Numbered from the stretch's first letter, positions 26,979 to 36,614 are shown. The stretch is DNA of 64,000 nt from Chloroflexota bacterium (GCA_003141455.1 PLMA01000042.1:114953-178952), one strand, 5' to 3'. Program-made: numbers and translations. The notes: generated by a model from the sequence alone, not told the origin.

Positions 26979-29432
26979 CTACTGGCTCGGGTGTGAGGTC
27001 AGCCCGGTCGTCGGGCTCGGCGTGGCGGCCGGCGTCGCGGCGGGATCGTACAGCTCGGCGGATGCCATCGCCGAGAAGAAAGAAGTGTCTCCGACCGCCA
27101 CGGGGAAACTGCCTCCGGCGATCAGGACGCGGCCGTCGGACAAGAGCGTCGCGGTGTAGTTCGATCTGAGCTGTAGGAATGACCCGGTCGGGCTTGAAGT
27201 GCCGGTCGCGGGGTCGTAGACGTCAAACGTCGCGGATACCCCGGCTTGCCAGGTGGCTGCCGCAACCAGAACTCGACCGTCGGACAAGAGCGTCGCCGTG
27301 TGGCTGTAGAAGCCGAGCGAAGCGGTCAAGCTCGGGATGAACTTCCCGCCGCGCGGGTCATACAGCTCCCCTACTCCGTTGCCGAGCATCAGGACGCGGC
27401 CGTCGGAGAGCCGAGTCGCCGTGGACGTGGAGGAATCTCGAGCCTGTGCCATCGATCCCGTCGCGCTGAACGTGCCGCTTGCGGGGTCGTACAACTCGGC
27501 AGAAGAGAGCGCCGAGGCGAGTGGGCTCGGTCTCGTCGCGCCGAAGCCGCCCGCCATCAGGACGCGGCCGTCCGACAGCAGCATCGCGGTATGGAAGGAG
27601 CGAGCCTCCTGCATCGACCCCGTGGCGGTGAACGTGCCGCTGCCGGGGTCGTAGAGCTCCGCTCCGGCAACGACAAGCACCGAGTTCTGACTCGGTTGGC
27701 CTCCGGCGACCAGGACTCGGCCGTCGGGCAGGAGACTGGCCGTGAAGCCCACCCGAGGGTAGTTCATCGACCCGGTTTCGCTGAACGAGCCCGTCGCGGG
27801 GTCGTACAGCTCGGCCGAGGCAATGGCAGCTCCAGTGCCGTCATAGCCGCCCGTGACCAGGACCCGGCCGTCGGGCAGCAGCGTGGCCAGAGGGTAGGTG
27901 CGTGGGTGGGCCATCGAACCGGTCGAGCTGAATTTGCCCGTACCCGGATCGTAGAGCTCTGCTGTGGCAACAGGAGTCGCGTTCTCGTCCACGCCTCCCA
28001 CGACGAGGACGCGGCCGTCCGCCAACCGGACTGCGGCATGTTGGGCGCGGGGCTGAACCATCGGCCCCGTCGCGCCGAACGCTCCCCGCGTCGGCGGGTT
28101 GGACTGAGGCTTGGCGCTCGGGTCGTACAGCTGGGCGAACGCGATTATCTGCGGCATCGCCGTAGGGGCCCGGCCCCCCGCGATGAGGACGCGACCATCT
28201 GGGAGCAGGGTGGCGGTGTGGTCGGCGATGGGCATGGCGAGCGACCCGGCTGGGCTGAATCGGCCAGTCGCGGGGTCGTACGACTCCGCTGTTGCTGGGT
28301 ACACGTCCGCCGCCGGGTCGGGAACGAAGCCGCCCGCGACGAGGACGCGGCCGTCAGGGAGCAGGGTGGCGGTGTGGTCGTGGCGGCCGTAGGCCATGGA
28401 GCCTGTCGAACTGAACTTACCCGTCGCCGGGTCGTACAGCTCCGCGGAGGTCAGGAGTGACGGCTGGTCGCCTGCCGGCGACATGCCGCCGGCGATCAGA
28501 ACGCGGCCGTCAGGGAGCAGGGTGGCGGTGTCGTAGATCCGAGCCTCCGGCATCGACCCCGTTGGACTGAACTTGCCGGTCCCGGGATCGTATAGCTCCG
28601 CCGACGAGGTGCCACCCTGGGGGCTGAATCCACCTTCGATGAGCACCCGGCCATCCTTGAGCAGGACCGCATGGTGCAGGAAGCGCGGATGCGACATCGA
28701 GCCCGTGAGGCTGAACGTGCCGGTTCTCGGGTCGTAGAGCTCCGCCGAAGATGGGAGCGTCGCGGCACTGGCGCTGCCGCTCGCCCCGCCGGCTATCAGC
28801 ACTCGGCCGTCAGGGAGCAGGGTGGCGGTGTCGTTCCAACGCGAGTTCGCCATCGAACCGGTCGCGTTGAACGTGCCGCTCTTCGGGTCGTAGAGCTCGG
28901 CCGTGCTGTCGTCGCCACCCGTCGTGGCATCGCCGCCACCGGTGACCAGGACGTGACCGTCGGGCAGGAGAGTAGCTGTGGGGGACGTGCGAGCGTGGAT
29001 CATGGAGCCGGTGGCGCTGAACGTGCCGGTCGTCGGGTCGTACAGCTCTGCAGAGGCGAGTGCGCCGTCAGGGCCCCGCCCGCCGAGGATCAGCACCCGG
29101 CCGTCTGGAAGCAACACCGCAGCTTGATCCCCGCGGGCCTGCAGCAGCGAGCCGGTCTGGCTGAAGGCCCCAATCGACGGTTTCGTCGAGGCGGCCGGAG
29201 CCGGCCGGTTCGCGACGACTGTCAGCAGCGCCGCGGCCAAGACCAACGTTGCTGCCAATCCCACCAGCGCCGGGAGGGCGCGGCCGGTCGGCCGATGCCA
29301 GGTGAACGCACGCCGCGCCGCGGGGCGCGTGCGGTCGCGGAGCACCGCCTCGCGAAGGCGGTCGGGCGCGCCAACCACGGGAGCCGCTCCGAGGAGGTCT
29401 CCGAGACGAAGCTCGATATCGCGGTCGTTCAT
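26979..29432 (-). CDS. Membrane-anchored Kelch-repeat (beta-propeller) protein; putative anti-sigma factor cognate to the adjacent ECF sigma
   Basis: About 818 aa counted from MNDRDIELRLGDLL. A ~50-aa cytoplasmic N-terminus is followed by one TM helix (ALPALVGLAATLVLAAALLTVV) and then about 16 Kelch-like repeats (LLPDGRVLIAGG...AELYDPATGTFSATGSM). The ATG overlaps the sigma stop (ATGA). Confidence 0.8.
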   Translation of the reverse strand: MNDRDIELRLGDLLGAAPVVGAPDRLREAVLRDRTRPAARRAFTWHRPTGRALPALVGLAATLVLAAALLTVVANRPAPAASTKPSIGAFSQTGSLLQARGDQAAVLLPDGRVLILGGRGPDGALASAELYDPTTGTFSATGSMIHARTSPTATLLPDGHVLVTGGGDATTGGDDSTAELYDPKSGTFNATGSMANSRWNDTATLLPDGRVLIAGGASGSASAATLPSSAELYDPRTGTFSLTGSMSHPRFLHHAVLLKDGRVLIEGGFSPQGGTSSAELYDPGTGKFSPTGSMPEARIYDTATLLPDGRVLIAGGMSPAGDQPSLLTSAELYDPATGKFSSTGSMAYGRHDHTATLLPDGRVLVAGGFVPDPAADVYPATAESYDPATGRFSPAGSLAMPIADHTATLLPDGRVLIAGGRAPTAMPQIIAFAQLYDPSAKPQSNPPTRGAFGATGPMVQPRAQHAAVRLADGRVLVVGGVDENATPVATAELYDPGTGKFSSTGSMAHPRTYPLATLLPDGRVLVTGGYDGTGAAIASAELYDPATGSFSETGSMNYPRVGFTASLLPDGRVLVAGGQPSQNSVLVVAGAELYDPGSGTFTATGSMQEARSFHTAMLLSDGRVLMAGGFGATRPSPLASALSSAELYDPASGTFSATGSMAQARDSSTSTATRLSDGRVLMLGNGVGELYDPRGGKFIPSLTASLGFYSHTATLLSDGRVLVAAATWQAGVSATFDVYDPATGTSSPTGSFLQLRSNYTATLLSDGRVLIAGGSFPVAVGDTSFFSAMASAELYDPAATPAATPSPTTGLTSHPSQ

Positions 29433-30016
29433 CGCAGCACCTCCCTGGCGGCACGGTCCATGTGGCTTCGCAGGGCGGCGATCGCTGAGTGCAATCTCGA
29501 TTTCACAGTGCCCGCCGGGCAGTCCAACTGTGTGGCTATCTCCTCGATCGGCAGGTCCCGCCAAAAGCGCAGGACGACCACTGCCCGCTGTTCGGGGGTC
29601 AGGACAACCAGGGCTCGTCCCAATTCATCCTGGGCCAGCATGTCGCGGAACGGGTCGCGGTCCGCGACTTCCTCGCCCTCCTCGATCTCTACGAACCGGA
29701 TGAGTTTTCGACGGCGCATTCGGTCCAGGCACGTGTTGACGAGGACTCGATCCAGCCAGCCATCGAAAGCGGCCTTGTCCTTGAGAGTCCCGCGGGCTCG
29801 CCAGGCGCGGGCCATCGCCTCCTGGGTCGCATCCTCGGCCTCAGCGGCATTGCCCAGCAGGTACCCGGCCAGCGAGTAGCAGCGGTCGAGCCCACGTCCG
29901 CTCAAACGCTCGAACGCGGCGTCGATCGTGTCGGGTAGCTCACTGGGAACCACTAGCCCTCCCTGGAACGTTGGCGCTCTCTCCGGTACCTGCAAGTCGG
30001 CACGGTCCTTCGTCAC
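29429..30016 (-). CDS. ECF-family RNA polymerase sigma factor; paralog of the 21239..21790 gene
   Basis: Region 2 is CYSLAGYLLGNAAEAEDATQEAMARAW. Region 4 is VVLRFWRDLPIEEIATQLDCPAGTVKSRLHSAIAALR, nearly identical to region 4 of the other sigma. Confidence 0.85.
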   Translation of the reverse strand: MTKDRADLQVPERAPTFQGGLVVPSELPDTIDAAFERLSGRGLDRCYSLAGYLLGNAAEAEDATQEAMARAWRARGTLKDKAAFDGWLDRVLVNTCLDRMRRRKLIRFVEIEEGEEVADRDPFRDMLAQDELGRALVVLTPEQRAVVVLRFWRDLPIEEIATQLDCPAGTVKSRLHSAIAALRSHMDRAAREVLR

Positions 30017-30139
30017 CAGGGACGGACGGGCGCCTCGAAACGTTCATTCCCGGGCGCTCGCAGTGCGCCCACCGCCACCGGCAGTGCCCCACAGGAGACG
30101 CCGAAAGCCGCCGGGTCGGCCGGGTCCAGGCCGAGGCCA

Positions 30140-31555
30140 CTAGAGCCCCAGGCGTTCCCTGGCGGCCGCGAGGGCCGTGGCGACGCGACGAGGGGCGGTC
30201 CCGCCTACGACGTCGCAACTGGCCAATGCGCCTTCCAGCGCGGCCGCGGCGCGCAGCTCCCCGGGGAGGGCGGAGTCACCCATGATCGTGAGCGCAACCG
30301 AATCGTCGGACGTGGCCAGGGCCGCCGCGATCGTGGCGTCGTCCAGCGCCTCGAGCCCGATTCCGGCCCTCTCCGCCTCGGCGACGAGCGTCCCCACCAC
30401 GTGGTGGGCGGCGCGAAATGCCACTCCCCGGCGGACGAGGGCGTCGGCGACGGCCGTGGCCGTGGTGTATCCCTCTCCCGCCGCCGCCCGCATACGCTCC
30501 CGGTCCACGGTCAGCGTCTCGACCATCCCGGCCATCACCGCGAGCGAGGCCTCGAGCGTGGCCGCCGCCTCGAAGAGTGGCGGCTTGTCTTCTTGCAGGT
30601 CCCGCTGATACCCGAGCGGCAGCCCCTTGAGCAGCGCCAGAAGACCCGTCAGCGAGCCGATGACCCGCGCTGCCCGGCCTCGCACCAGCTCGGCGGGATC
30701 GGGGTTCTTCTTGTTCGGCATCATCGACGAGCCGGTGGAGAACGAATCGGCCGCCCGCACGAACCCGAACCGCGGATTCGACCACCACGTGATCTCCTCC
30801 GCCAATCGGCTGAGATGGACCATGCAGAGCGCGAAGGCGGCGAGCGCTTCGGCCACGAAATCGCGGTCGCCGACGGCGTCGAGCGAATTGGCCGTCACAC
30901 CGTCGAAGCCGAGCTCCGCGGCCGTCGCTTCGCGATCGAGCGGGTAGCCCGCGCCCGCCAGCGCGCCCGAGCCCAGCGGTGAGACGTTCGCCCGCCGCCG
31001 GCAGTCGGCCAGCCGACCCCTGTCGCGCTCGAGCATCTCGACGTAGGCCAGCAGATGGTGAGCGAACAGGATCGGCTGGGCGGGCTGGATGTGAGTGGAG
31101 CCGGGCATGATCGCATCGCCGTCACGTTCGGCGAGCCGGACGAGCGCCCGCTCCATCTCCAGGACTGCCTCGTCCAGGCCGTCGATCGTTCGCCGCAGCC
31201 ACAGCCGCAGGTCCGTGGCGACCTGGTCGTTGCGCGAGCGGCCGGTGTGCAGCCGACCGGCGATCGGTCCAACCCGGTCCCTCAAGGCCTCTTCGAGGTT
31301 CATGTGGACGTCCTCGAGGGCCGGATCCCAGGCCAGGCTGCCCTCCTCGACTTCGGACCGCAGCCCTTCGAGCCCATGCACGAGCGTCTCGACCTCGTCG
31401 GGGGCCAACAGGCCCGCCCGGCCAAGGCCGTGCACATGGGCGATCGAGCCGGCGATGTCGTCGAGCGCAAGGGCGCGATCGACATCGATCGACCGGGTGA
31501 ACTCGGCCACCCGATCGTCAGTCGTGCCTTCGAATCGACCGCCCCAGAGCCGCAT
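30140..31555 (-). CDS. argH: Argininosuccinate lyase
   Basis: 471 aa from MRLWGGRFEG. Fumarate-lyase signature GSSMMPNKKNP. A GGAGGAGG RBS sits upstream of the ATG at 31555. The longer ORF reaching 31693 is an over-extension. Confidence 0.9.
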   Translation of the reverse strand: MRLWGGRFEGTTDDRVAEFTRSIDVDRALALDDIAGSIAHVHGLGRAGLLAPDEVETLVHGLEGLRSEVEEGSLAWDPALEDVHMNLEEALRDRVGPIAGRLHTGRSRNDQVATDLRLWLRRTIDGLDEAVLEMERALVRLAERDGDAIMPGSTHIQPAQPILFAHHLLAYVEMLERDRGRLADCRRRANVSPLGSGALAGAGYPLDREATAAELGFDGVTANSLDAVGDRDFVAEALAAFALCMVHLSRLAEEITWWSNPRFGFVRAADSFSTGSSMMPNKKNPDPAELVRGRAARVIGSLTGLLALLKGLPLGYQRDLQEDKPPLFEAAATLEASLAVMAGMVETLTVDRERMRAAAGEGYTTATAVADALVRRGVAFRAAHHVVGTLVAEAERAGIGLEALDDATIAAALATSDDSVALTIMGDSALPGELRAAAALEGALASCDVVGGTAPRRVATALAAARERLGL

Positions 31556-31637
31556 CGGTCCTCCTCCATCGCGCCGTTGCCGGCATGGTACCGGGCGACG
31601 GGGGCTGACGCGAGTCGCCGCTCGCAAATGGTTGCCC

Positions 31638-32861
31638 CTACGCGGTCCCGCCGACCGACTCTGCCGCGATCCGGTCCGATGCCGTCTCGTCATGGGGAAG
31701 GGCCACGAGCCCGATGAAGCCGCCGATCACCGCGCAGACGGCCCCCACTCCAAAGACGCCCAGCGCCCCGGCCTCCGCGTAAAGCAGTCCGCCTAACAGG
31801 TTCGCGAGGATCGCGGCCAGACCGAAACCGGTGGCCTGAAGAAGAGTCTGGCCGGTCGCCTGCAGACGCTCGGGAAGAATTCGAGCAATCGTCAGCACCA
31901 ACGACATGAGAATGCCGCCAAAGAAGATCCCCGAGGCGAACCGCGTCATCAGGATCGGGCCGGCGTCGACCAGCACTATCCAGCTCACCATGCACGCCGC
32001 GAACCCCACGGACGACACCAGCAGAACGGACCGCATGCCAAGCCGGCCAACGAGCCAGCCGGCCAGGATGAGCCCGGGCACCTCGGCCGCCCAGGCGACG
32101 CCGTTTGCGAACCCGACCTCGACGGCCCCGCCGCCCAGGTCCGCTATCCGCAGGGAAATGTACGTCCCGGACGCCATGCAGCCCATGAAGACGAAAATGA
32201 CCGCGAGCAGAACGGCCACCAGCCGAGGTCGGATCCTGAACGCCTCTCCGACGGACCCGAAACGCCCCCGTTCATGGGAGAGACGATCACGTCCGTCGAG
32301 CGCGCGCCGGGCGTTCTCGTGGCGCTCGCTGTCCCGTCCCATCGGGACGAACTGGGCCGAGATGAGCGCCAGGGCCATCGTCGCGATGTACAGGAACGGC
32401 GCGGCCACGTAGCCGGTCTGGCTGTAGACGATGCCGCAACCGATCGCCCCGCCGGCCGCACCGGCGCTGCTCAACAGCCGAAGTCGCGAGTACTCGCGAG
32501 AAACATCGGTCAGGACCGGTAGGGCCATGGCGTCGGTCAGGGCCATGATCGGGCCGCCGCCGGCGCAAATGAGTATCTGGCAGACGATCACCGCCGCGAC
32601 GGGGAGTGGCACGCTGAAGCCCAGCGCGAAGACGGCCGCCGGCAGGCAGGCGATCTGCAGCGCACGCCTGGGTCCGCTTACGACGTCGCCCACGTGACCC
32701 CAGACCGGCAGCGCCAGGGTGTAGGCAACCGAGCCCAGGCTTGTCGTCAGCCCGATCAGGGCCGGATCGAATCCCTTCGCCTGCAGCAGAACGGGCACGA
32801 AGCCGTACAGGGCGCCGACGGCAAGCCCGTTGGAGACGTACAGGGCCCGCAACCAACGCAC
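31638..32861 (-). CDS. MFS transporter
   Basis: 407 aa with 12 predicted TM helices. The hydrophobicity pattern and loop motifs are typical of the major facilitator superfamily. Confidence 0.7.
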   Translation of the reverse strand: MRWLRALYVSNGLAVGALYGFVPVLLQAKGFDPALIGLTTSLGSVAYTLALPVWGHVGDVVSGPRRALQIACLPAAVFALGFSVPLPVAAVIVCQILICAGGGPIMALTDAMALPVLTDVSREYSRLRLLSSAGAAGGAIGCGIVYSQTGYVAAPFLYIATMALALISAQFVPMGRDSERHENARRALDGRDRLSHERGRFGSVGEAFRIRPRLVAVLLAVIFVFMGCMASGTYISLRIADLGGGAVEVGFANGVAWAAEVPGLILAGWLVGRLGMRSVLLVSSVGFAACMVSWIVLVDAGPILMTRFASGIFFGGILMSLVLTIARILPERLQATGQTLLQATGFGLAAILANLLGGLLYAEAGALGVFGVGAVCAVIGGFIGLVALPHDETASDRIAAESVGGTA

Positions 32862-32968
32862 ATGCAGATGGTATCCGCCGAGCCCGTGGCCCTGCCGCGT
32901 CGGCAGGAACGTGCGCGGGCTTGACGAGCGGCTGCCGGCCGTCGTAGCCGTCGATCTCGAGGGCCGGC

Positions 32969-33751
32969 ATGTCGCGGCGTGGCCGCTGGGTGAGGGCGAC
33001 GGGGTACCATCGCGGAGTGCCCGATCAGCTCGATCTCAGTCTCACCGGCGACGAGGCGCGCCTGCCCCGATCGCTGCGGCCGATGCTGCCCAGGCCCGCC
33101 GAGGCCGCCTTCGATTCGGACGAGTTTCTCTTCGAGCCGCGGTGGGGCGGCCTGCGGACACTCGCGTTCATCGAACCGGACCGATCCGGGCGTGGCGCGC
33201 GACTCCGGCTCCTGGACGAGCTGGGTCGGGACCTGGCTCCGCACCTGCCCGAGCTTGCCAGTCTGCCCGACCTCGTCGGCGAATTGCCGGCGATCCTCGA
33301 CGGCGAGATCGTGGTCCCCGACAGGATCGGCCGCATGGACGATGACGCGCTGGTCGGTCGCCTAGCCGACGGCCAAACGACGGGCTCGGCTCCGGTCTTC
33401 CTGGCCTTCGACCTTCTGTGGGCCGCAGGGCGGCCCATCATCGCTCTGCCGCTCCAGCGCCGGCGCGAGCACCTGGCCCGGATCGTGCGCCCGAGCGCCG
33501 AGCTGGTGGTCATGCCCGGCGTCGTTCACGATGGAACGGATCTCTACTCCGCGGTCGCTCAGCAAGGCCTGCGCGGCGTCATGGCGCGCCACCTCAGAAG
33601 CCCGTATCTGCCCGGCCGCCGCAGTGCGCTATGGCGATGGATCGCGGTCCAGCCCGGCGAGATACCGTTGCACGTCGTGCCGGACCTCCTGGCGACGCCG
33701 CCTTCGAGACCGGTATTGGCCCTGATCCAGCGGCTGCCGCTCGAGGATTGA
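32969..33751 (+). CDS. ATP-dependent DNA ligase-like protein (LigD/LigC ligase-domain homolog) that contains no lysine and has a degenerate motif I. Probable pseudo-ligase.
   Basis: Colinear ligase motifs are present: FEPRWGGLR (canonical EPKWDG), ILDGEIVV, FLAFDLL, GLRGVMAR (canonical GxEGxVxK) and SPYLPGRRSALW. The 260-aa ORF has zero Lys. The likely start is ATG 33083 (MLPRPAEA). Confidence 0.6.
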   Translation: MSRRGRWVRATGYHRGVPDQLDLSLTGDEARLPRSLRPMLPRPAEAAFDSDEFLFEPRWGGLRTLAFIEPDRSGRGARLRLLDELGRDLAPHLPELASLPDLVGELPAILDGEIVVPDRIGRMDDDALVGRLADGQTTGSAPVFLAFDLLWAAGRPIIALPLQRRREHLARIVRPSAELVVMPGVVHDGTDLYSAVAQQGLRGVMARHLRSPYLPGRRSALWRWIAVQPGEIPLHVVPDLLATPPSRPVLALIQRLPLED

Positions 33752-33795
33752 CCGCGGCTGGGCCGACCCGCGCGGCCGGTCCTCGGGCGTTGCGG

Positions 33796-35115
33796 CTACC
33801 GCGAGACGCGGGCGGCCTTGAGGATCTGGCGGAAACCGACGCGCTGGCCGTAGAGCAGCACGCCGGCGCTGTAGATCCGCGCGGCCACGACCAGCGCGAT
33901 CGCGATCGCGACCAGCAGGAAGACGACCGCCAGCCCGAACTCCCAGACCTCCACGTGGCCAACCGAGACCCGCGCAAGCATCAGGTACGGGCTGAAGAAC
34001 GGGATGAACGAGGCGATCCTGACCCACGTCTCGTCGATCGCCTGCAGCCCGAAGATCGACATGAAGTAGCCGATCATGATCAGCATCATCAGCGGCGAGG
34101 TTGCACTCTGGACGTCCTCCTGCCGGCTCACCATCGAGCCGAGTGCGGCGTACAGGAGCGAGTACAGCAGGAAGCCCAGAGCGAACAGGACCACGAACGC
34201 CGCGAGAACGGGAGCGTTAAGGCCGCCGAATGCGCCGCTCGTACCGGAGCCGCTCAGGACGGCTTGATGAATCGGACCCTGGGCCACCAGCCCAACGACG
34301 ATTGCTCCCAGGATGATCCCGTATTGGGTCAACCCGGCCGCCCCGTTCCCGATCACCTTGCCCGCGAGCATCTGGAGCGGCGTGGTGGCGTTGAGCATCA
34401 GCTCCATGACACGGCTGCCCTTCTCCTCAGCGACGCTCATAGCCACCCACGTGCCGTAGGTGATGATGGCCATGAAGATCAGCACGATCAGCCCTGTCGA
34501 GAGCAGCGTGGACGACACTTCCTGACTGATGCTGTGGACCGCGGCCGTCCCGGACGAGCTGACCGGCAACACCTTCAAGTTGGTAGGAGCCAGAACGGAG
34601 GCCGTCGAGGTACCGGCGCGGACCAGCCCATCCTCGATGGCGAGCATCCGCGTAGCGCTGGTGATCATCTGCGCCTGCCGGCCGTCCGAGGGCATATCTG
34701 TCCTGAGGATGAAGGCAAGGTCGCGGCTGGTTGGATCCCGATCGATGATGAGAAGGGCATCGAACTTGCCCGTTTCCAGGGTGCTCTGAGCCGAGGCCGG
34801 GTCGCCGCCGACGAACCAGCTCAACGCATATGGCTTGTGAGAGCTCGAATCGGCGGCCGTACCCGAACCGTTGAGCACCTGATCTACGACCGTCAGCGCA
34901 TCCGACGGAAGGCCCGAGGCCGTCGCGAGGATTTCGACGCGCGTCTGGCTCGTGCCTTCGGCAACATCGATCAGGACCGGGAGTTGCGTCGCCGCGAAGG
35001 CGACGACGGCCAGGATGAGCGTGCCGATCAGGAAGCTCCGGCTGGTGGCGCGGCTCCGATATTCCCGCACCGCGACGTACCAGGCATTGGGGAAGAGGTT
35101 CCGCCAGCCGCTCAT
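33796..35115 (-). CDS. ABC-2 family transporter permease
   Basis: 439 aa. An N-terminal TM helix is followed by a large extracytoplasmic loop and a C-terminal 5-TM ABC-2 permease domain. It overlaps the stop of the upstream ATPase gene. Confidence 0.75.
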   Translation of the reverse strand: MSGWRNLFPNAWYVAVREYRSRATSRSFLIGTLILAVVAFAATQLPVLIDVAEGTSQTRVEILATASGLPSDALTVVDQVLNGSGTAADSSSHKPYALSWFVGGDPASAQSTLETGKFDALLIIDRDPTSRDLAFILRTDMPSDGRQAQMITSATRMLAIEDGLVRAGTSTASVLAPTNLKVLPVSSSGTAAVHSISQEVSSTLLSTGLIVLIFMAIITYGTWVAMSVAEEKGSRVMELMLNATTPLQMLAGKVIGNGAAGLTQYGIILGAIVVGLVAQGPIHQAVLSGSGTSGAFGGLNAPVLAAFVVLFALGFLLYSLLYAALGSMVSRQEDVQSATSPLMMLIMIGYFMSIFGLQAIDETWVRIASFIPFFSPYLMLARVSVGHVEVWEFGLAVVFLLVAIAIALVVAARIYSAGVLLYGQRVGFRQILKAARVSR

Positions 35116-36056
35116 GCGTACACCGCCTTGGGGGCGAGCGTCCGCTCGCTCGTGTCCATCTGGCCGACCTGCTCGATGAAGATCTCCTCAAGCGATGGGT
35201 CGGCAATCTCGAAATGGAGGATCTTGCAGTGGCGGGCCAGGGCGGCCTGGAGGACCATCTCCGGATCGAAGCCCTTCGCTACCTCCGCCTCGGTGTAGTC
35301 CTGGCCGCGCCTCGTGACGCGAACGCCGTCGAGCGTCGCGAGCCAGCCGATCTCGGGATCGCCCTCCACGGCGAGCCGGACTACCTGCCGTCCGGACGAG
35401 CGGCGCACGTCGCGGAGGTTGCCGCCCACGACGACTCGCCCGCGATCGAGGATGGCGATCGCCTCGCACAGCTCCTCGACCGTCTCCATCTGGTGAGTCG
35501 AGAAGATCAGGGTCTTCCCGCGGTCTTTCATCTCGAGGAACGCCTCCTTGAGCAGCGCCACGTTGATCGGATCGAGGCCGGTGAAGGGCTCGTCCATCAG
35601 CAGCACCTGCGGGTCGTGAAGGATCGCGGCGATGAACTGGATCTTCTGCTGGTTGCCCTTTGACAGCTGCTCCGCGCGACGGTCGGCGTACTCGGGGATG
35701 CGGAAACGATCGAGCCAGTCGCGCGTCTCCCGTTCGGCCGCCTTGGGTTTCACGCCGTGCAGCTTGGCGAAGAAGACCAGCTGGTCGAGGACCTTCATCT
35801 TCGCGTAGAGGCCCCGCTCCTCCGGCAGGTAGCCCCAGGTCTCGTGCGGGAGATCCCTGTTCGAGCGGCCGCCCCAGGTAACCGTCCCAGAGTCCGGCCG
35901 GAGGATGTCCAGCACGACGCGCATGGCCGTCGTCTTGCCGGCGCCGTTGGCGCCCAGGAAGCCGAAGACCTCGCCCGGCTTGATCTCGAGCGAAACCGCG
36001 TCGAGGGCCAGTACGTCGCCGAAGCGCTTAGTGATCGAGTCGATGACGAGGGACAT
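35112..36056 (-). CDS. ABC transporter ATP-binding protein
   Basis: Walker A GANGAGKTT, signature LSKGNQQKIQF, Walker B LLMDEPFTGLD. It is translationally coupled to the permease. Confidence 0.9.
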   Translation of the reverse strand: MSLVIDSITKRFGDVLALDAVSLEIKPGEVFGFLGANGAGKTTAMRVVLDILRPDSGTVTWGGRSNRDLPHETWGYLPEERGLYAKMKVLDQLVFFAKLHGVKPKAAERETRDWLDRFRIPEYADRRAEQLSKGNQQKIQFIAAILHDPQVLLMDEPFTGLDPINVALLKEAFLEMKDRGKTLIFSTHQMETVEELCEAIAILDRGRVVVGGNLRDVRRSSGRQVVRLAVEGDPEIGWLATLDGVRVTRRGQDYTEAEVAKGFDPEMVLQAALARHCKILHFEIADPSLEEIFIEQVGQMDTSERTLAPKAVYA

Positions 36057-36206
36057 GCGATCTCCCGGTGGCTGCCGAATTACTCATTGGACCGAGCTCC
36101 CAACCGAATGGTTCGATTATCGGGGCTGGCGGGCGTTCTGGCGGAAGACGACGGGCGCGGCGAGTTCACGATCGGGACCGTGTGCGGGCCTGGACGGGTC
36201 GCCTCT

Positions 36207-36614
36207 TCAGAGACGGCGCCTGAACCAGACGACACCGGCCAGGTAGCTGAGGCCCACCACGACGGCCATCAGAGCAAACTGCCAGTTGTCCCGACCCGCG
36301 AACTCGGTGACGATATAGCCACCGACCGCGACGACTGCCGCGCAGGTTGCCGCGAGTTCCGTTGCCCTCGAGTTGATCAAGCCCCAGCGTTCATCCACCG
36401 GGTTACCCGCCAGGGTGCCGATCGTGTCCTTGCGAGCCTGAAAGATGAAGAGCAGGGCCGCATAACCGGCGAGGATCGCGAAGCCCAACACCGCGCTCCA
36501 GATCGGCGCGCCCTGCCTGAGCACCGCGACCATGATTAGCACGCCGCCCAACAGGCCGGCCAAGACCGTAGACCGGGCGCGGCGCCGCGGAGGCTTAGTC
36601 TTTGTCGTCGTCAT
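36207..36614 (-). CDS. Small integral membrane protein (DUF2178/DUF2975-like partner of an XRE regulator)
   Basis: 135 aa with 3-4 TM helices. It overlaps the 3' end of the upstream XRE HTH gene. The XRE-regulator plus membrane-protein pairing resembles the yozG arrangement. Confidence 0.55.
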   Translation of the reverse strand: MTTTKTKPPRRRARSTVLAGLLGGVLIMVAVLRQGAPIWSAVLGFAILAGYAALLFIFQARKDTIGTLAGNPVDERWGLINSRATELAATCAAVVAVGGYIVTEFAGRDNWQFALMAVVVGLSYLAGVVWFRRRL

